DNA of 64,000 nt from NCBI GenBank assembly GCA_016867035.1, contig VGKO01000001.1:1998-65997 (forward strand), in the 5' to 3' direction. How positions within the stretch are numbered: position 1 is the stretch's first letter; each line of letters begins with the position of its first letter. Positions 16,795 to 25,119 of the stretch are shown here, piece after piece. Source of the stretch: Candidatus Pacearchaeota archaeon. GTDB taxonomy: Archaea; Nanobdellota; Nanobdellia; Pacearchaeales; GW2011-AR1. A program made the translations under genes and the position numbers. The notes under the pieces were generated by a model. That model saw only the letters and a list, made by a program, of their open reading frames with translations, searched no databases and was not told the origin of the DNA.

Positions 16795-17418
16795 TTATAT
16801 TATATCTATAATTCCATTTTTTACACTTCCGGTATCTGAACAATGATAAACTTTATGGAAAAAATTGAAAGAGTGATGATTAATACTCATATTTAAAGAC
16901 CCCAATCTAACTTCATTATCCTTGCTTAAAGCAAGTTGTGGAGCCTCAAACAAAGTAGGATAAAAACCAAAGCATTTCTTGAACTCCCGCATACCATTTT
17001 TAATATAATTTTCGTCACGAATCTCTAAAAATTCTTGGAAAGTATGATAAAAACCAAAGCATTTCTTGAACTCCCGCATACCATTTTTAATATAATCTTC
17101 GTCACGAATCTCTAAAAATTCTTGGAAAGTATGATAAACCCCATGCATCCCAAGAGTTTTATTCAAAGCTAATATTTCCTGACACCAAGTTTTATTTTCG
17201 GCAATTGAAATATTATTATAAAGTGGAATTACCATTAGAATCTCGCTCTTTTCTATTATCTCTTTCTCGCAATATATTTGTGGAGAGAAGTCATCTACCT
17301 GTCTAGCCCAAAGGGCTCTTGCAAGAATAAAGTCAGCTATTAAAAAAACGATGGCAATTCCCAGAATTATAAGTATTATTCGCCATTTACTAATCCCTTT
17401 TTTATTTTTGTTTATCAT
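16795..17418 (-). CDS. N-terminally membrane-anchored protein containing a perfect-looking 29-aa tandem duplication
   Basis: An N-terminal TM helix ('WRIILIILGIAIVFLIADFIL') is present. 'YHTFQEFLEIRDE(D/N)YIKNGMREFKKCFGF' occurs twice in tandem. Confidence 0.5.
   Translation of the reverse strand: MINKNKKGISKWRIILIILGIAIVFLIADFILARALWARQVDDFSPQIYCEKEIIEKSEILMVIPLYNNISIAENKTWCQEILALNKTLGMHGVYHTFQEFLEIRDEDYIKNGMREFKKCFGFYHTFQEFLEIRDENYIKNGMREFKKCFGFYPTLFEAPQLALSKDNEVRLGSLNMSINHHSFNFFHKVYHCSDTGSVKNGIIDII
16960..17133. repeat. 87-bp tandem direct duplication (2 copies, about 2 mismatches) inside CDS 16795..17418
   Basis: The string 'ataaaaaccaaagcatttcttgaactcccgcataccatttttaatataat(t/c)ttcgtcacgaatctctaaaaattcttggaaagtatg' is seen twice back to back. 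Confidence 0.8.
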
Positions 17419-17431
17419 ATTATTTTATTAA

Positions 17432-18316
17432 TTATAACATCGCAAGCAAGATTAAGAGAAGAATAGCAAATAGAAAAGCCGGAGTAAAAGGAATACCATA
17501 TTTTATTTCAACCTTCTTGTTTTTTCCAAATCTTTTAGTAATTATTTTAAGTTCTTCTTCACTTAAACCTTCCCAATTAGGCTTTATTATTTTTTTTCCA
17601 ATCTTTACTTTAGTAGTTAACCAGTCTCCAATAGTTAAGTTAGAAACCGGGGGAAATTTAGTTAAGCAAGATTCCTCTATAGCCTTAGCAGCCAATAATA
17701 AAATAGGCAAAATAATCATCACCCCTGCTAAAATCATACCAATTGCTAGATTAAATAAAAAGAATACTCCAAAAACAATTGCAAAGAACAAGATAGAAGA
17801 TAGTGTCTGAATCTTATACTTAGAGAAAGAAATTATAAAACTTTTCTTAAACTTCCCCAGATGTAAAAACATTAAAGTTAAACTATAAATCAAGCCATAA
17901 ATACTTCCGGCCAGTATAAAGAAAAAAATAAACAAGCAAAATATCCAAATATTTTGATTAAAATTATTTGTTAAAGGTAAAAAAGCGCCAAGGGCTATTA
18001 AGAGTTTAGCATCCCCGCCGGCGAAAACCCTAGCATAATAAAAAATATTAGCCAATATAAAACCAACAACCACTCCAATCAAACCCCAAACAAAAAAACC
18101 CCAGTTAGCTAGTTCAATAGATAAAAAGAACCTATAAGCCAAAATAAAGACAATTAGACTAAAGTTCCACCAATTAGCAACCTCTCTCTTCCTAAAATCC
18201 TGGATAACAGCAATTAAAACCCAAAACAAAACCCCTATGATTAAAAACCAATTATAACTTGTTAATATCTCTTTAAGGTTGAGATTGAATAAGAATTGCA
18301 TAAAAAATAAGTCCAT
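17432..18316 (-). CDS. Type IV prepilin/preflagellin peptidase (A24 family; PibD/FlaK-like)
   Basis: It is a polytopic membrane protein. 'IQDFRKREVANWW' matches the first catalytic-Asp motif and 'FAGGDAKLLIALGAF' matches the GGD(V/A)KL second-Asp motif. It sits at the end of the pilin gene array. Confidence 0.7.
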   Translation of the reverse strand: MDLFFMQFLFNLNLKEILTSYNWFLIIGVLFWVLIAVIQDFRKREVANWWNFSLIVFILAYRFFLSIELANWGFFVWGLIGVVVGFILANIFYYARVFAGGDAKLLIALGAFLPLTNNFNQNIWIFCLFIFFFILAGSIYGLIYSLTLMFLHLGKFKKSFIISFSKYKIQTLSSILFFAIVFGVFFLFNLAIGMILAGVMIILPILLLAAKAIEESCLTKFPPVSNLTIGDWLTTKVKIGKKIIKPNWEGLSEEELKIITKRFGKNKKVEIKYGIPFTPAFLFAILLLILLAML

Positions 18317-18522
18317 TAGATATAAATTATTAATTATTATTTCCAGAGTTTATTTGATTAACCTCAGATGTTCTAAACTTACCGCCATGCTTATAAGGAA
18401 AAAGTTTACGTCTTTTTTTCTTGTCCTTACCTTTATTTCTTCTTTCACTACCTGAAGAATAAAAATCATCACCCATTATAAGAATAGGAAAAAAGGGTTT
18501 AAAAGTTTAATTAAAATTGAAT

Positions 18523-19041
18523 TTATTCTGTTCCTGTTTCTTCAATATTAGCAACTGTCTTTTCACAGCAAACCTCAGTCTTTACATCATGCATTTCTGA
18601 ATTTTGTATTTGAGAAGTAAAATCTTTTGCGGTTCCGCATCCAGGGTTCTTTGACTTCCAGTCACAGTTAAGGACACCATCATCTTTTAATGAAGTTTCA
18701 GCACAATCCACATTTGGACAACTTTCAAGTCCTGCCTCGCCCACATTAGTTCTCAGAGTAGAACAACTTCCTCTAAAAGAACGCTTATCGTCTAAATTAA
18801 TTGTTCTTGATTTTCCACAGAACTCATAAACCTGACTAGTAGAACATGCCGCAGTACAAGCATTTTTAATAGTATCTACATTTGTACCTGAACCAAAGAA
18901 ATTTTTAATATTATCCATCAAACTTCCGCCGCTTCTAGTAAAACTAAATATTAAGAAAACCAATACAACAATAGCAATAATAATTACAATTATTGTACCA
19001 ACACTCATTTCCTGAGCTTTTTTATTCAATAAGTTTCTCAT
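18523..19041 (-). CDS. Pilin-like protein with class III (type IV pilin) signal peptide; Cys-rich C-terminal domain
   Basis: '...NKKAQEMSVGTIIVIIIAIVVLVFLIF' is a KKA|Q processing-site-like motif followed by a hydrophobic stretch. There are 12 or more Cys C-terminally. Confidence 0.6.
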   Translation of the reverse strand: MRNLLNKKAQEMSVGTIIVIIIAIVVLVFLIFSFTRSGGSLMDNIKNFFGSGTNVDTIKNACTAACSTSQVYEFCGKSRTINLDDKRSFRGSCSTLRTNVGEAGLESCPNVDCAETSLKDDGVLNCDWKSKNPGCGTAKDFTSQIQNSEMHDVKTEVCCEKTVANIEETGTE

Positions 19042-19078
19042 GTTCCTCTTTGTATCTAACCATATATGTTTCTGGGGT

Positions 19079-19555
19079 TTAAAAATCTATCTCAAAAACA
19101 ACGTCTGTGTTAAAATTAACCGCCTCTATTCCGAAATCCTTATTGGCATCTATAACCTTACTAATCCTAAATCCAGAAAGATAAAAATATAGTTTATTTC
19201 CCTCAACTTTTGATTTAGCATAATTTCCTTCTTGTACTTGAAGATTATATTCTTCTAATTCTTTAATTCCTTCGGCTTGATTTGAGAATTCTTGCTTGAA
19301 CTGAACTATAAAGTCTGAAGTCCCAAATTTTGCCCCTTGATTTTCTGTTAAAACTTTTTCTGCAACAGCCCTCATGGTGAATTCAATCCCTTGTTGTTCT
19401 GAATAAATATGCAACAACTCTGAAGAACCCTGTATCTTCTCTTGATTACTAGCTTTCGAAGTCATAAACATAAATAAGGCAAAACCTACGAGTAAAACAG
19501 TCATTATGACTAAAATTGTAATTGCAATATCTCCTTTCTTTCTTTTAAACATCAT
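19079..19555 (-). CDS. Pilin-like protein with class III signal peptide
   Basis: 'MMFKRKKGDIAITILVIMTVLLVGFALFMF'. The start overlaps the upstream gene's stop by 4 bp. Confidence 0.6.
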   Translation of the reverse strand: MMFKRKKGDIAITILVIMTVLLVGFALFMFMTSKASNQEKIQGSSELLHIYSEQQGIEFTMRAVAEKVLTENQGAKFGTSDFIVQFKQEFSNQAEGIKELEEYNLQVQEGNYAKSKVEGNKLYFYLSGFRISKVIDANKDFGIEAVNFNTDVVFEIDF

Positions 19556-20157
19556 GTTATTGAAGTCCCCCTTGCAGCTCTTTCAGCAGCCTTGTCTAAT
19601 GCCGACTCTGTTAAGCTTTTTTGAACATAACCCTCACAATCAACCAGACCTAGTTTTATTTTAATAAATTTATCCTCGCTTGGATAAAAAAAGACTATGC
19701 TATTTGGAGACAGACATTTGGATTGTATTGTAGGGTCTGCTTCTTTATTAAAAATGGATTTATCATTGATAGAAACCGAATGAAAAACAAAGTTAGAACC
19801 TTTGAATATCTCTTGATTCAACGAAGCGATAAAGCTTCCTAGTTCAGAATAAGATACTTCGCCTTTTACATAACTTAAAATTTCTTGTTTAAGAGAGGTT
19901 TGTCTTTCTTTAAATAAAATTATTTGATTAAAATTTGAAAAAGCAGCAGAGGTAGTTGCTTCCACTAAAAGACTTGAAGACCTTTCAGTTTTACCAAAGA
20001 GTCCAGAAACACTTGAAACTGCTTTTCTTGGGGCAGCCATCCCAACAGAAAAGCTTACAAATAGAAAAATAATAAAAAATATAATAATAAAACCCACCAC
20101 CCAAGTAAGAGTAGAGGGAGTTTGTGCCTTTCTAAGTTTTATTTTATTTGATTTCAT
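19552..20157 (-). CDS. Pilin-like protein with class III signal peptide
   Basis: 'KLRKAQTPSTLTWVVGFIIIFFIIFLFV'. Confidence 0.55.
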   Translation of the reverse strand: MKSNKIKLRKAQTPSTLTWVVGFIIIFFIIFLFVSFSVGMAAPRKAVSSVSGLFGKTERSSSLLVEATTSAAFSNFNQIILFKERQTSLKQEILSYVKGEVSYSELGSFIASLNQEIFKGSNFVFHSVSINDKSIFNKEADPTIQSKCLSPNSIVFFYPSEDKFIKIKLGLVDCEGYVQKSLTESALDKAAERAARGTSIT

Positions 20158-20159
20158 TT

Positions 20160-20642
20160 TTATTTTTTAACAAATTTATAGTTTGAACCCGTAGTCATTT
20201 CAATGTTAACTTTTTCACCCAAATAAGACGAAGAAATCTTTTTTTGAGTACAAAGAGGATAGGCCTTAGCATTTAATTGTGAAGCAAATAAACAATCCTC
20301 TTCAAAAGCACGATTACCGAAGACTAAATTTTTAGAATTAACTCCACTAATAGAGAGTTTTATATAAAAGAAGCCAGAATTTTCGATTAGATTTCTATTT
20401 AAATCACAGGTATCAAAAAAATTAAAGTCTTCTGAAAATACGCTAGGATTAACTTGGCCATTATTTATTAAACAATCAACTACTTTATTTGTAATAATTT
20501 CAGACTGTAAAACCCGAATATCAATGTCGCTAGCATAAAATATTGAAGTCCCTGCAATCATTCCTGCCCCAATAACTGCAAGTACCAAAAACCACCAAAC
20601 AGACAATAAATTACCCTTTCTTCCAATTTTTTTAGATAGCAT
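20160..20642 (-). CDS. Pilin-like protein with class III signal peptide
   Basis: 'KIGRKGNLLSVWWFLVLAVIGAGMIAG'. Confidence 0.55.
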   Translation of the reverse strand: MLSKKIGRKGNLLSVWWFLVLAVIGAGMIAGTSIFYASDIDIRVLQSEIITNKVVDCLINNGQVNPSVFSEDFNFFDTCDLNRNLIENSGFFYIKLSISGVNSKNLVFGNRAFEEDCLFASQLNAKAYPLCTQKKISSSYLGEKVNIEMTTGSNYKFVKK

Positions 20643-20643
20643 T

Positions 20644-21054
20644 TTAAACTTTTTTTAGAACAAGAACCTCCTGATTCTCTTGAGATTTATCTACATAGTA
20701 ACTAAAAGACTTTGAAGAAGATAAAAATTGAAAATTATATCCCCCTGATCCAAGTACCTGAATGTGAATTGTGTTGGTATTACTATCTATAGAAATAACT
20801 TGCCCACTATATCTATTTTTTTCTGCGAAATCATATAACTTTGTTAGAGAAAAATTAGCTTCTGTACCTGGTTTCATTGAATCTATTAAGATAGCAACTG
20901 TTTTAGCACTTGTTTCTTCTAAAACAGCAGCACCGGTGCTAGCCCGAACAATAAAAAACATAATTGCAAGTAAAAAAATCAGATTTAGAATAAGAAAAAT
21001 TAATTGTTTGGAGATTATTTCATCCCCTTTTTTATTTTTAATAAAGTTTTTCAT
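20644..21054 (-). CDS. Pilin-like protein with class III signal peptide
   Basis: 'KNKKGDEIISKQLIFLILNLIFLLAIMFFIV'. Confidence 0.55.
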   Translation of the reverse strand: MKNFIKNKKGDEIISKQLIFLILNLIFLLAIMFFIVRASTGAAVLEETSAKTVAILIDSMKPGTEANFSLTKLYDFAEKNRYSGQVISIDSNTNTIHIQVLGSGGYNFQFLSSSKSFSYYVDKSQENQEVLVLKKV

Positions 21055-21060
21055 CTTAAA

Positions 21061-22149
21061 TTAGGGGATACTCTCTATATTAGAACAATATTTCGCAATC
21101 TCACTAACATTATAATCTACGCTTCTTACAACTGAACAACCCTCATAGGTATCGTCGCCAATTTTAGAATCCCCACAATAACTAGCGGTTATCTGCCTAT
21201 TATAAGCTACATTTGACTGTTGTAACCCTATTCCAACTGCAGCAGATATAAGCGCTACCAATGGATTTTTAAAAAGCCCAGAAGCTAATTGTTTAGTCCA
21301 AGTAGGAGCTAATACTCTACTTGCTCCATATCCTCCTAAAAGAGCAGTTGCGCTATTTTTAAGACTGGTGCCGTATTGTGGAGCAGATATCTGCATAAAA
21401 ACTATTGCAGACTCTTTATTAAATGCAGAATAATCTGAAACCGGTTCTTTTAAGTCTTCAGGTTTTATAGAGGAGCCTTCTGACTTAAGAGTATTTCCAT
21501 CTTTTTGATAATTAAAATCTCCGAAAGAGATATCTGAATTTAATGAATCCTTAAAGTTATATAATCCTCCAGCGCCAGAAATATATTCCATATAAGTTTT
21601 CTCCTCGCCAGGAACCTTATGCGTTATCATATAACTGCCAACATCAATTTTTGAGAAATCAAATTCAGGTTCTTTTATTCTAGATTTATCAAAGGCTATC
21701 CTTGTACAGATAATGCAACTTGGAGAAACGGTTCCGAATCCAAAATTTTTAGCTAGAGTTTGGGAGAACAAATTTAATTTGCCTTCGCCCATGGTGCTCC
21801 AGCAATCCAAAATTTCTTGTGCGTAAATTTGTTCTATCTGTTCTTCATTTCTAACCCTCACTCGAGTTATACCTTTTTCACCAATAAAATCTGCGCACTC
21901 TCCCCCCAGTAATCCTGAAGTAATACAAATTTTATTAGTTTTACATTTTAAAGGAAGAAACCCCTGAGTCGATTCAGGAATAGTAGCTCTGAATATTACC
22001 GATTGATGACAAACTTCCCTATCCATTGCACCAGTTCCACCAAGGTTATAGAAAAAAATAAGAACCATCATGAATCCAAGAACAAGAAGCACGATAGTTA
22101 CTATCCAAGCTATCGTTATTTCCCCTTTTCTTTTTTTATCCTTTCCCAT
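21061..22149 (-). CDS. Large pilin-like / pilus-associated protein with class III signal peptide (362 aa)
   Basis: 'KKRKGEITIAWIVTIVLLVLGFMMVLIFF' is followed by a Cys-containing globular region. Confidence 0.55.
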   Translation of the reverse strand: MGKDKKRKGEITIAWIVTIVLLVLGFMMVLIFFYNLGGTGAMDREVCHQSVIFRATIPESTQGFLPLKCKTNKICITSGLLGGECADFIGEKGITRVRVRNEEQIEQIYAQEILDCWSTMGEGKLNLFSQTLAKNFGFGTVSPSCIICTRIAFDKSRIKEPEFDFSKIDVGSYMITHKVPGEEKTYMEYISGAGGLYNFKDSLNSDISFGDFNYQKDGNTLKSEGSSIKPEDLKEPVSDYSAFNKESAIVFMQISAPQYGTSLKNSATALLGGYGASRVLAPTWTKQLASGLFKNPLVALISAAVGIGLQQSNVAYNRQITASYCGDSKIGDDTYEGCSVVRSVDYNVSEIAKYCSNIESIP

Positions 22150-22344
22150 TTTAAATAATCAAAAGATTTCAACATTAAAAATCTATGCAGTGAGATTATC
22201 AACTAGTAATTTAACCCCAAAAGCAAGTATGGCAAAAAGAGCAATTCTTAATAGCCATAAAAAAAAGTGGCTTCCTGGATTTTCCTCGCCTTTTTTATTT
22301 TTAAAAAGATTTACCATTGTATTAAGAGTTGTATTAGGATTTAT

Positions 22345-23223
22345 TTAAGACTTACATTCAGGAACCCCCAATTCCCAGATTTTTAATTTTACTTCAAAAC
22401 TTTTTCCATTTGGAGAAGTAAGCTGAGCAGAACCCAAATCTAAAACCTTGCTAGAGCCATCCCAGCCAAAAGCCATGCCTGTATTCGTAATAACGCTATT
22501 ACTATTAAAGCCACCAACATTAGAAATTTCCATTCTGAAAGCAAGAGAATTGGTTTTTTCGGAAAAATATTCGTTAAGAACATTTAAAGGATAATTGCTA
22601 TAAACTCCGCCGGGCTCATCAACATAAAGACCGAGTATATAAGAAATATCTGCATCATGAACATTGGAATCATATTGGGGTTTATACTGTGCAGAAGAAC
22701 TTAAAATCTCGATTAGCTTAATATTTTGACCAACCAACTTATACTCTTCTGAATAAATAAGGATATTTCCAGAATCATTCTTTATTAAAAGGTTCAAGGG
22801 TGTTTTTAAAATAACAAAGCAAGGATAAATATTATCATATTGTTCAAACCCTTGCTGATAAAAATAAAATTTTTCTTTAGTTGATTTACATTGACCTGTT
22901 TTAAAACAATCTTGCCTACCTTCCTTACAAAGACAAAGGCAATTAGAATCTCCGCAGGAAGAAGGTTTACTCTCTTCTTCTTTAAAAGAAAAAATAGACC
23001 AATCTTTTAAATTAGTAATAAGATATTGAGCTTGAGCACCATTAGCTAAAGCCTTTCCTTTGCCAGCAATATCTTCTAATATTGCTTTAGCCTGTTCTAT
23101 TTCAGAACCTCTTGTAAAAATACCATAAAGTCCGAATGCTAAATAAAGAAGAAGTATTATGCAGAAAACTGCAATAACTAACTTCAAAACTTCTGGTAAA
23201 ACAATTGCTTTTTTGTTTATCAT
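22345..23223 (-). CDS. Pilin-like / pilus-associated protein with class III signal peptide (292 aa)
   Basis: 'MINKKAIVLPEVLKLVIAVFCIILLLYLAFG', with a Cys-rich segment 'CGDSNCLCLCKEGRQDCFKTGQC'. Confidence 0.5.
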   Translation of the reverse strand: MINKKAIVLPEVLKLVIAVFCIILLLYLAFGLYGIFTRGSEIEQAKAILEDIAGKGKALANGAQAQYLITNLKDWSIFSFKEEESKPSSCGDSNCLCLCKEGRQDCFKTGQCKSTKEKFYFYQQGFEQYDNIYPCFVILKTPLNLLIKNDSGNILIYSEEYKLVGQNIKLIEILSSSAQYKPQYDSNVHDADISYILGLYVDEPGGVYSNYPLNVLNEYFSEKTNSLAFRMEISNVGGFNSNSVITNTGMAFGWDGSSKVLDLGSAQLTSPNGKSFEVKLKIWELGVPECKS

Positions 23224-23224
23224 T

Positions 23225-24121
23225 TTAAGAATTATTTTTAATTATTTCTAATTTACCTGATTTATAGACTAAATTGGTTAAATAAAAACCAGTATCTCCT
23301 AGTTCTTCACCAAAAGTTATTCTAGAATCAAAAGTATAGTAAGAGTCTACAAGATAACTTTTACGAACATAAACCTTCCCATCAGACATTACCATTGCCA
23401 AAAGTTTCCTGCTATTACCCACATAAAGAAGGCTATTTTCTTTTGAGTTCTCTATTAAAATCCTACCTTCTTCGCCTTCTTTTGCAACCAAGAGAAGACT
23501 TTTATCCGCAATATTTTTAGATTTAAAATAAATAGTATTAAGTTGTGAAATTAAAGTTACAATAGGATCTTCAGGCAACAACTCTTTACTTTTGCTTTTA
23601 AATATTTCTGCCCCCACTATTTTCGCGCCTTCTAATTTTCGAACATAAATCTCATTTACATCGACCGAACCAATATATTTATGATAATATATTGAATTAA
23701 TTACAAAGAAATAATTCTTAATTGTTCCAAGAGTCTTATCATTCCAAGCGCCCGGAACATTTATAATAATCTCGCCTTGTCCTTCATTCAATTCAACATA
23801 AAGATTGCTAGGAATTTCCTTATAACTTGGTTTTTCAGAAGTTCCAACATTATCTAAAAAAATAATGTAAAAATCTTTAACACTTTCTTGTTTTAATTCA
23901 ATCTTACCTATTAATTCATAATTAAGAGCTTTTATTTGTGTAGGAGTAAGCGTATTTTCATTATCCGGACTTTGTTGAAAACCTGGAAGATTTCTTATCC
24001 ATCCAAATATTTCTGGTTTGGTAAAGAATAATACGACTGCTACTATAACTAATAAAACCAAGATTAGAGTAATAATTTTACTAATTGCCAAGCTCTCAGC
24101 TGCTTTTTTATTTTTTAACAT
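23225..24121 (-). CDS. Pilin-like / pilus-associated protein with class III signal peptide (298 aa)
   Basis: 'KNKKAAESLAISKIITLILVLLVIVAVVLFF'. Confidence 0.55.
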   Translation of the reverse strand: MLKNKKAAESLAISKIITLILVLLVIVAVVLFFTKPEIFGWIRNLPGFQQSPDNENTLTPTQIKALNYELIGKIELKQESVKDFYIIFLDNVGTSEKPSYKEIPSNLYVELNEGQGEIIINVPGAWNDKTLGTIKNYFFVINSIYYHKYIGSVDVNEIYVRKLEGAKIVGAEIFKSKSKELLPEDPIVTLISQLNTIYFKSKNIADKSLLLVAKEGEEGRILIENSKENSLLYVGNSRKLLAMVMSDGKVYVRKSYLVDSYYTFDSRITFGEELGDTGFYLTNLVYKSGKLEIIKNNS

Positions 24122-24290
24122 TTTAGTGTAACCTCAAAAAATTTCTTATAAATTCTAGTAACGATGTTCCGTGGTTTTTTGCGGCTATATAAGCAAATAC
24201 TAAAATAGCAAGAGCAATTGCCCCGATTATCCAATAACCAAGGACTTTTAGTTCCATAGCTTTTTTATTTCTAAAAAAACTTAGCATGAC

Positions 24291-24623
24291 TTAACAAGCA
24301 CCAGTGCAAACCAATTTATTTATACTAGAACCCCAAGATTTCTCACTAGCTAAAGAACAAGTTAACTCTAATTTCTCAGATTTGGATAGCTTGACAGTCC
24401 TATTAACACAACAAAATTCATATTTTCGTTCTTGCTCTCCAAGAGTATCACATTGGCTTACAACTGAATCAACATTACTTGAAGTAAAAAATGAATCCAT
24501 CTTCTCACCAAAACTACCAGAAGAGCGATTAAACAATAGCACAAGAGCAACAAGTACAATTATTGCTAAAACAATTAAAATAATAGTATTCAAAGCCAAC
24601 TCCACTCCCTTTTTACCTTTCAT
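24291..24623 (-). CDS. Pilin-like protein with class III signal peptide (110 aa)
   Basis: 'MKGKKGVELALNTIILIVLAIIVLVALVLLF'. A C-terminal 'YEFCC...C...C' motif is shared with 18523..19041. Confidence 0.6.
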   Translation of the reverse strand: MKGKKGVELALNTIILIVLAIIVLVALVLLFNRSSGSFGEKMDSFFTSSNVDSVVSQCDTLGEQERKYEFCCVNRTVKLSKSEKLELTCSLASEKSWGSSINKLVCTGAC

Positions 24624-24762
24624 AAATTCCTCAAGAAACCCAATTATTTAAAGGTTATTAATGGAAGTAATAATAAGCCCCCTTTCTCTTCTTAACCCAA
24701 TTGTAGAATAAACCCCAAAATAAAAGATTAAAACAAAAAAGTTAATTAAAAACTAATAAAAA

Positions 24763-25074
24763 TTATGAACTAGCAGAAGCAGGCGGCCAATAGCCTCTTC
24801 CTTCAATAAAAAGAGGTTCCTTAGAAAGAGCTTTTGGAGACCTATTCAAAACACCCACTAAAAAACGGCCCATACCCAATCTTCTTAACCTTTCTGCTTC
24901 TCTTTCAGCGCCTTCAAGCAATGCCTGTTGCACTTCTGCTTCTGTCGGCATTCTTGCTCTGCAAGGAACATCCCCCAACGCTTTAAGCCCTCTTACAACA
25001 TGTTCATCCCTATCAAAAGGTTCGAAAGGAGGATAAGGTAAAACATAGTTATTTCTCATAAAAGATATAATCAA
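24763..25074 (-). CDS. Hypothetical protein of atypical (Arg/Ala/Gly/Glu-rich, GC-richer) composition
   Basis: The ORF sits between the platform gene and the pilin array. Local GC is visibly higher than the flanks. 'PCRARMPTEAEVQQALLEGAEREAERLRRLG' is unlike the K/I/N-rich host proteins. Confidence 0.3.
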   Translation of the reverse strand: MIISFMRNNYVLPYPPFEPFDRDEHVVRGLKALGDVPCRARMPTEAEVQQALLEGAEREAERLRRLGMGRFLVGVLNRSPKALSKEPLFIEGRGYWPPASASS

Positions 25075-25119
25075 AACAACTATTTAAGGATTTCTATATA
25101 AACAAAAACAATGTGTGAT

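Noticed and set aside
18330-18476. 48-aa Lys/Arg-rich small ORF on the minus strand (MGDDFYSSGSERRNKGKDKKKRRKLFPYKHGGKFRTSEVNQINSGNNN) between the last pilin gene and the prepilin peptidase.
   Set aside because: No recognisable ribosomal-protein or other family signature. It could be a real small basic protein but the evidence is the ORF alone.
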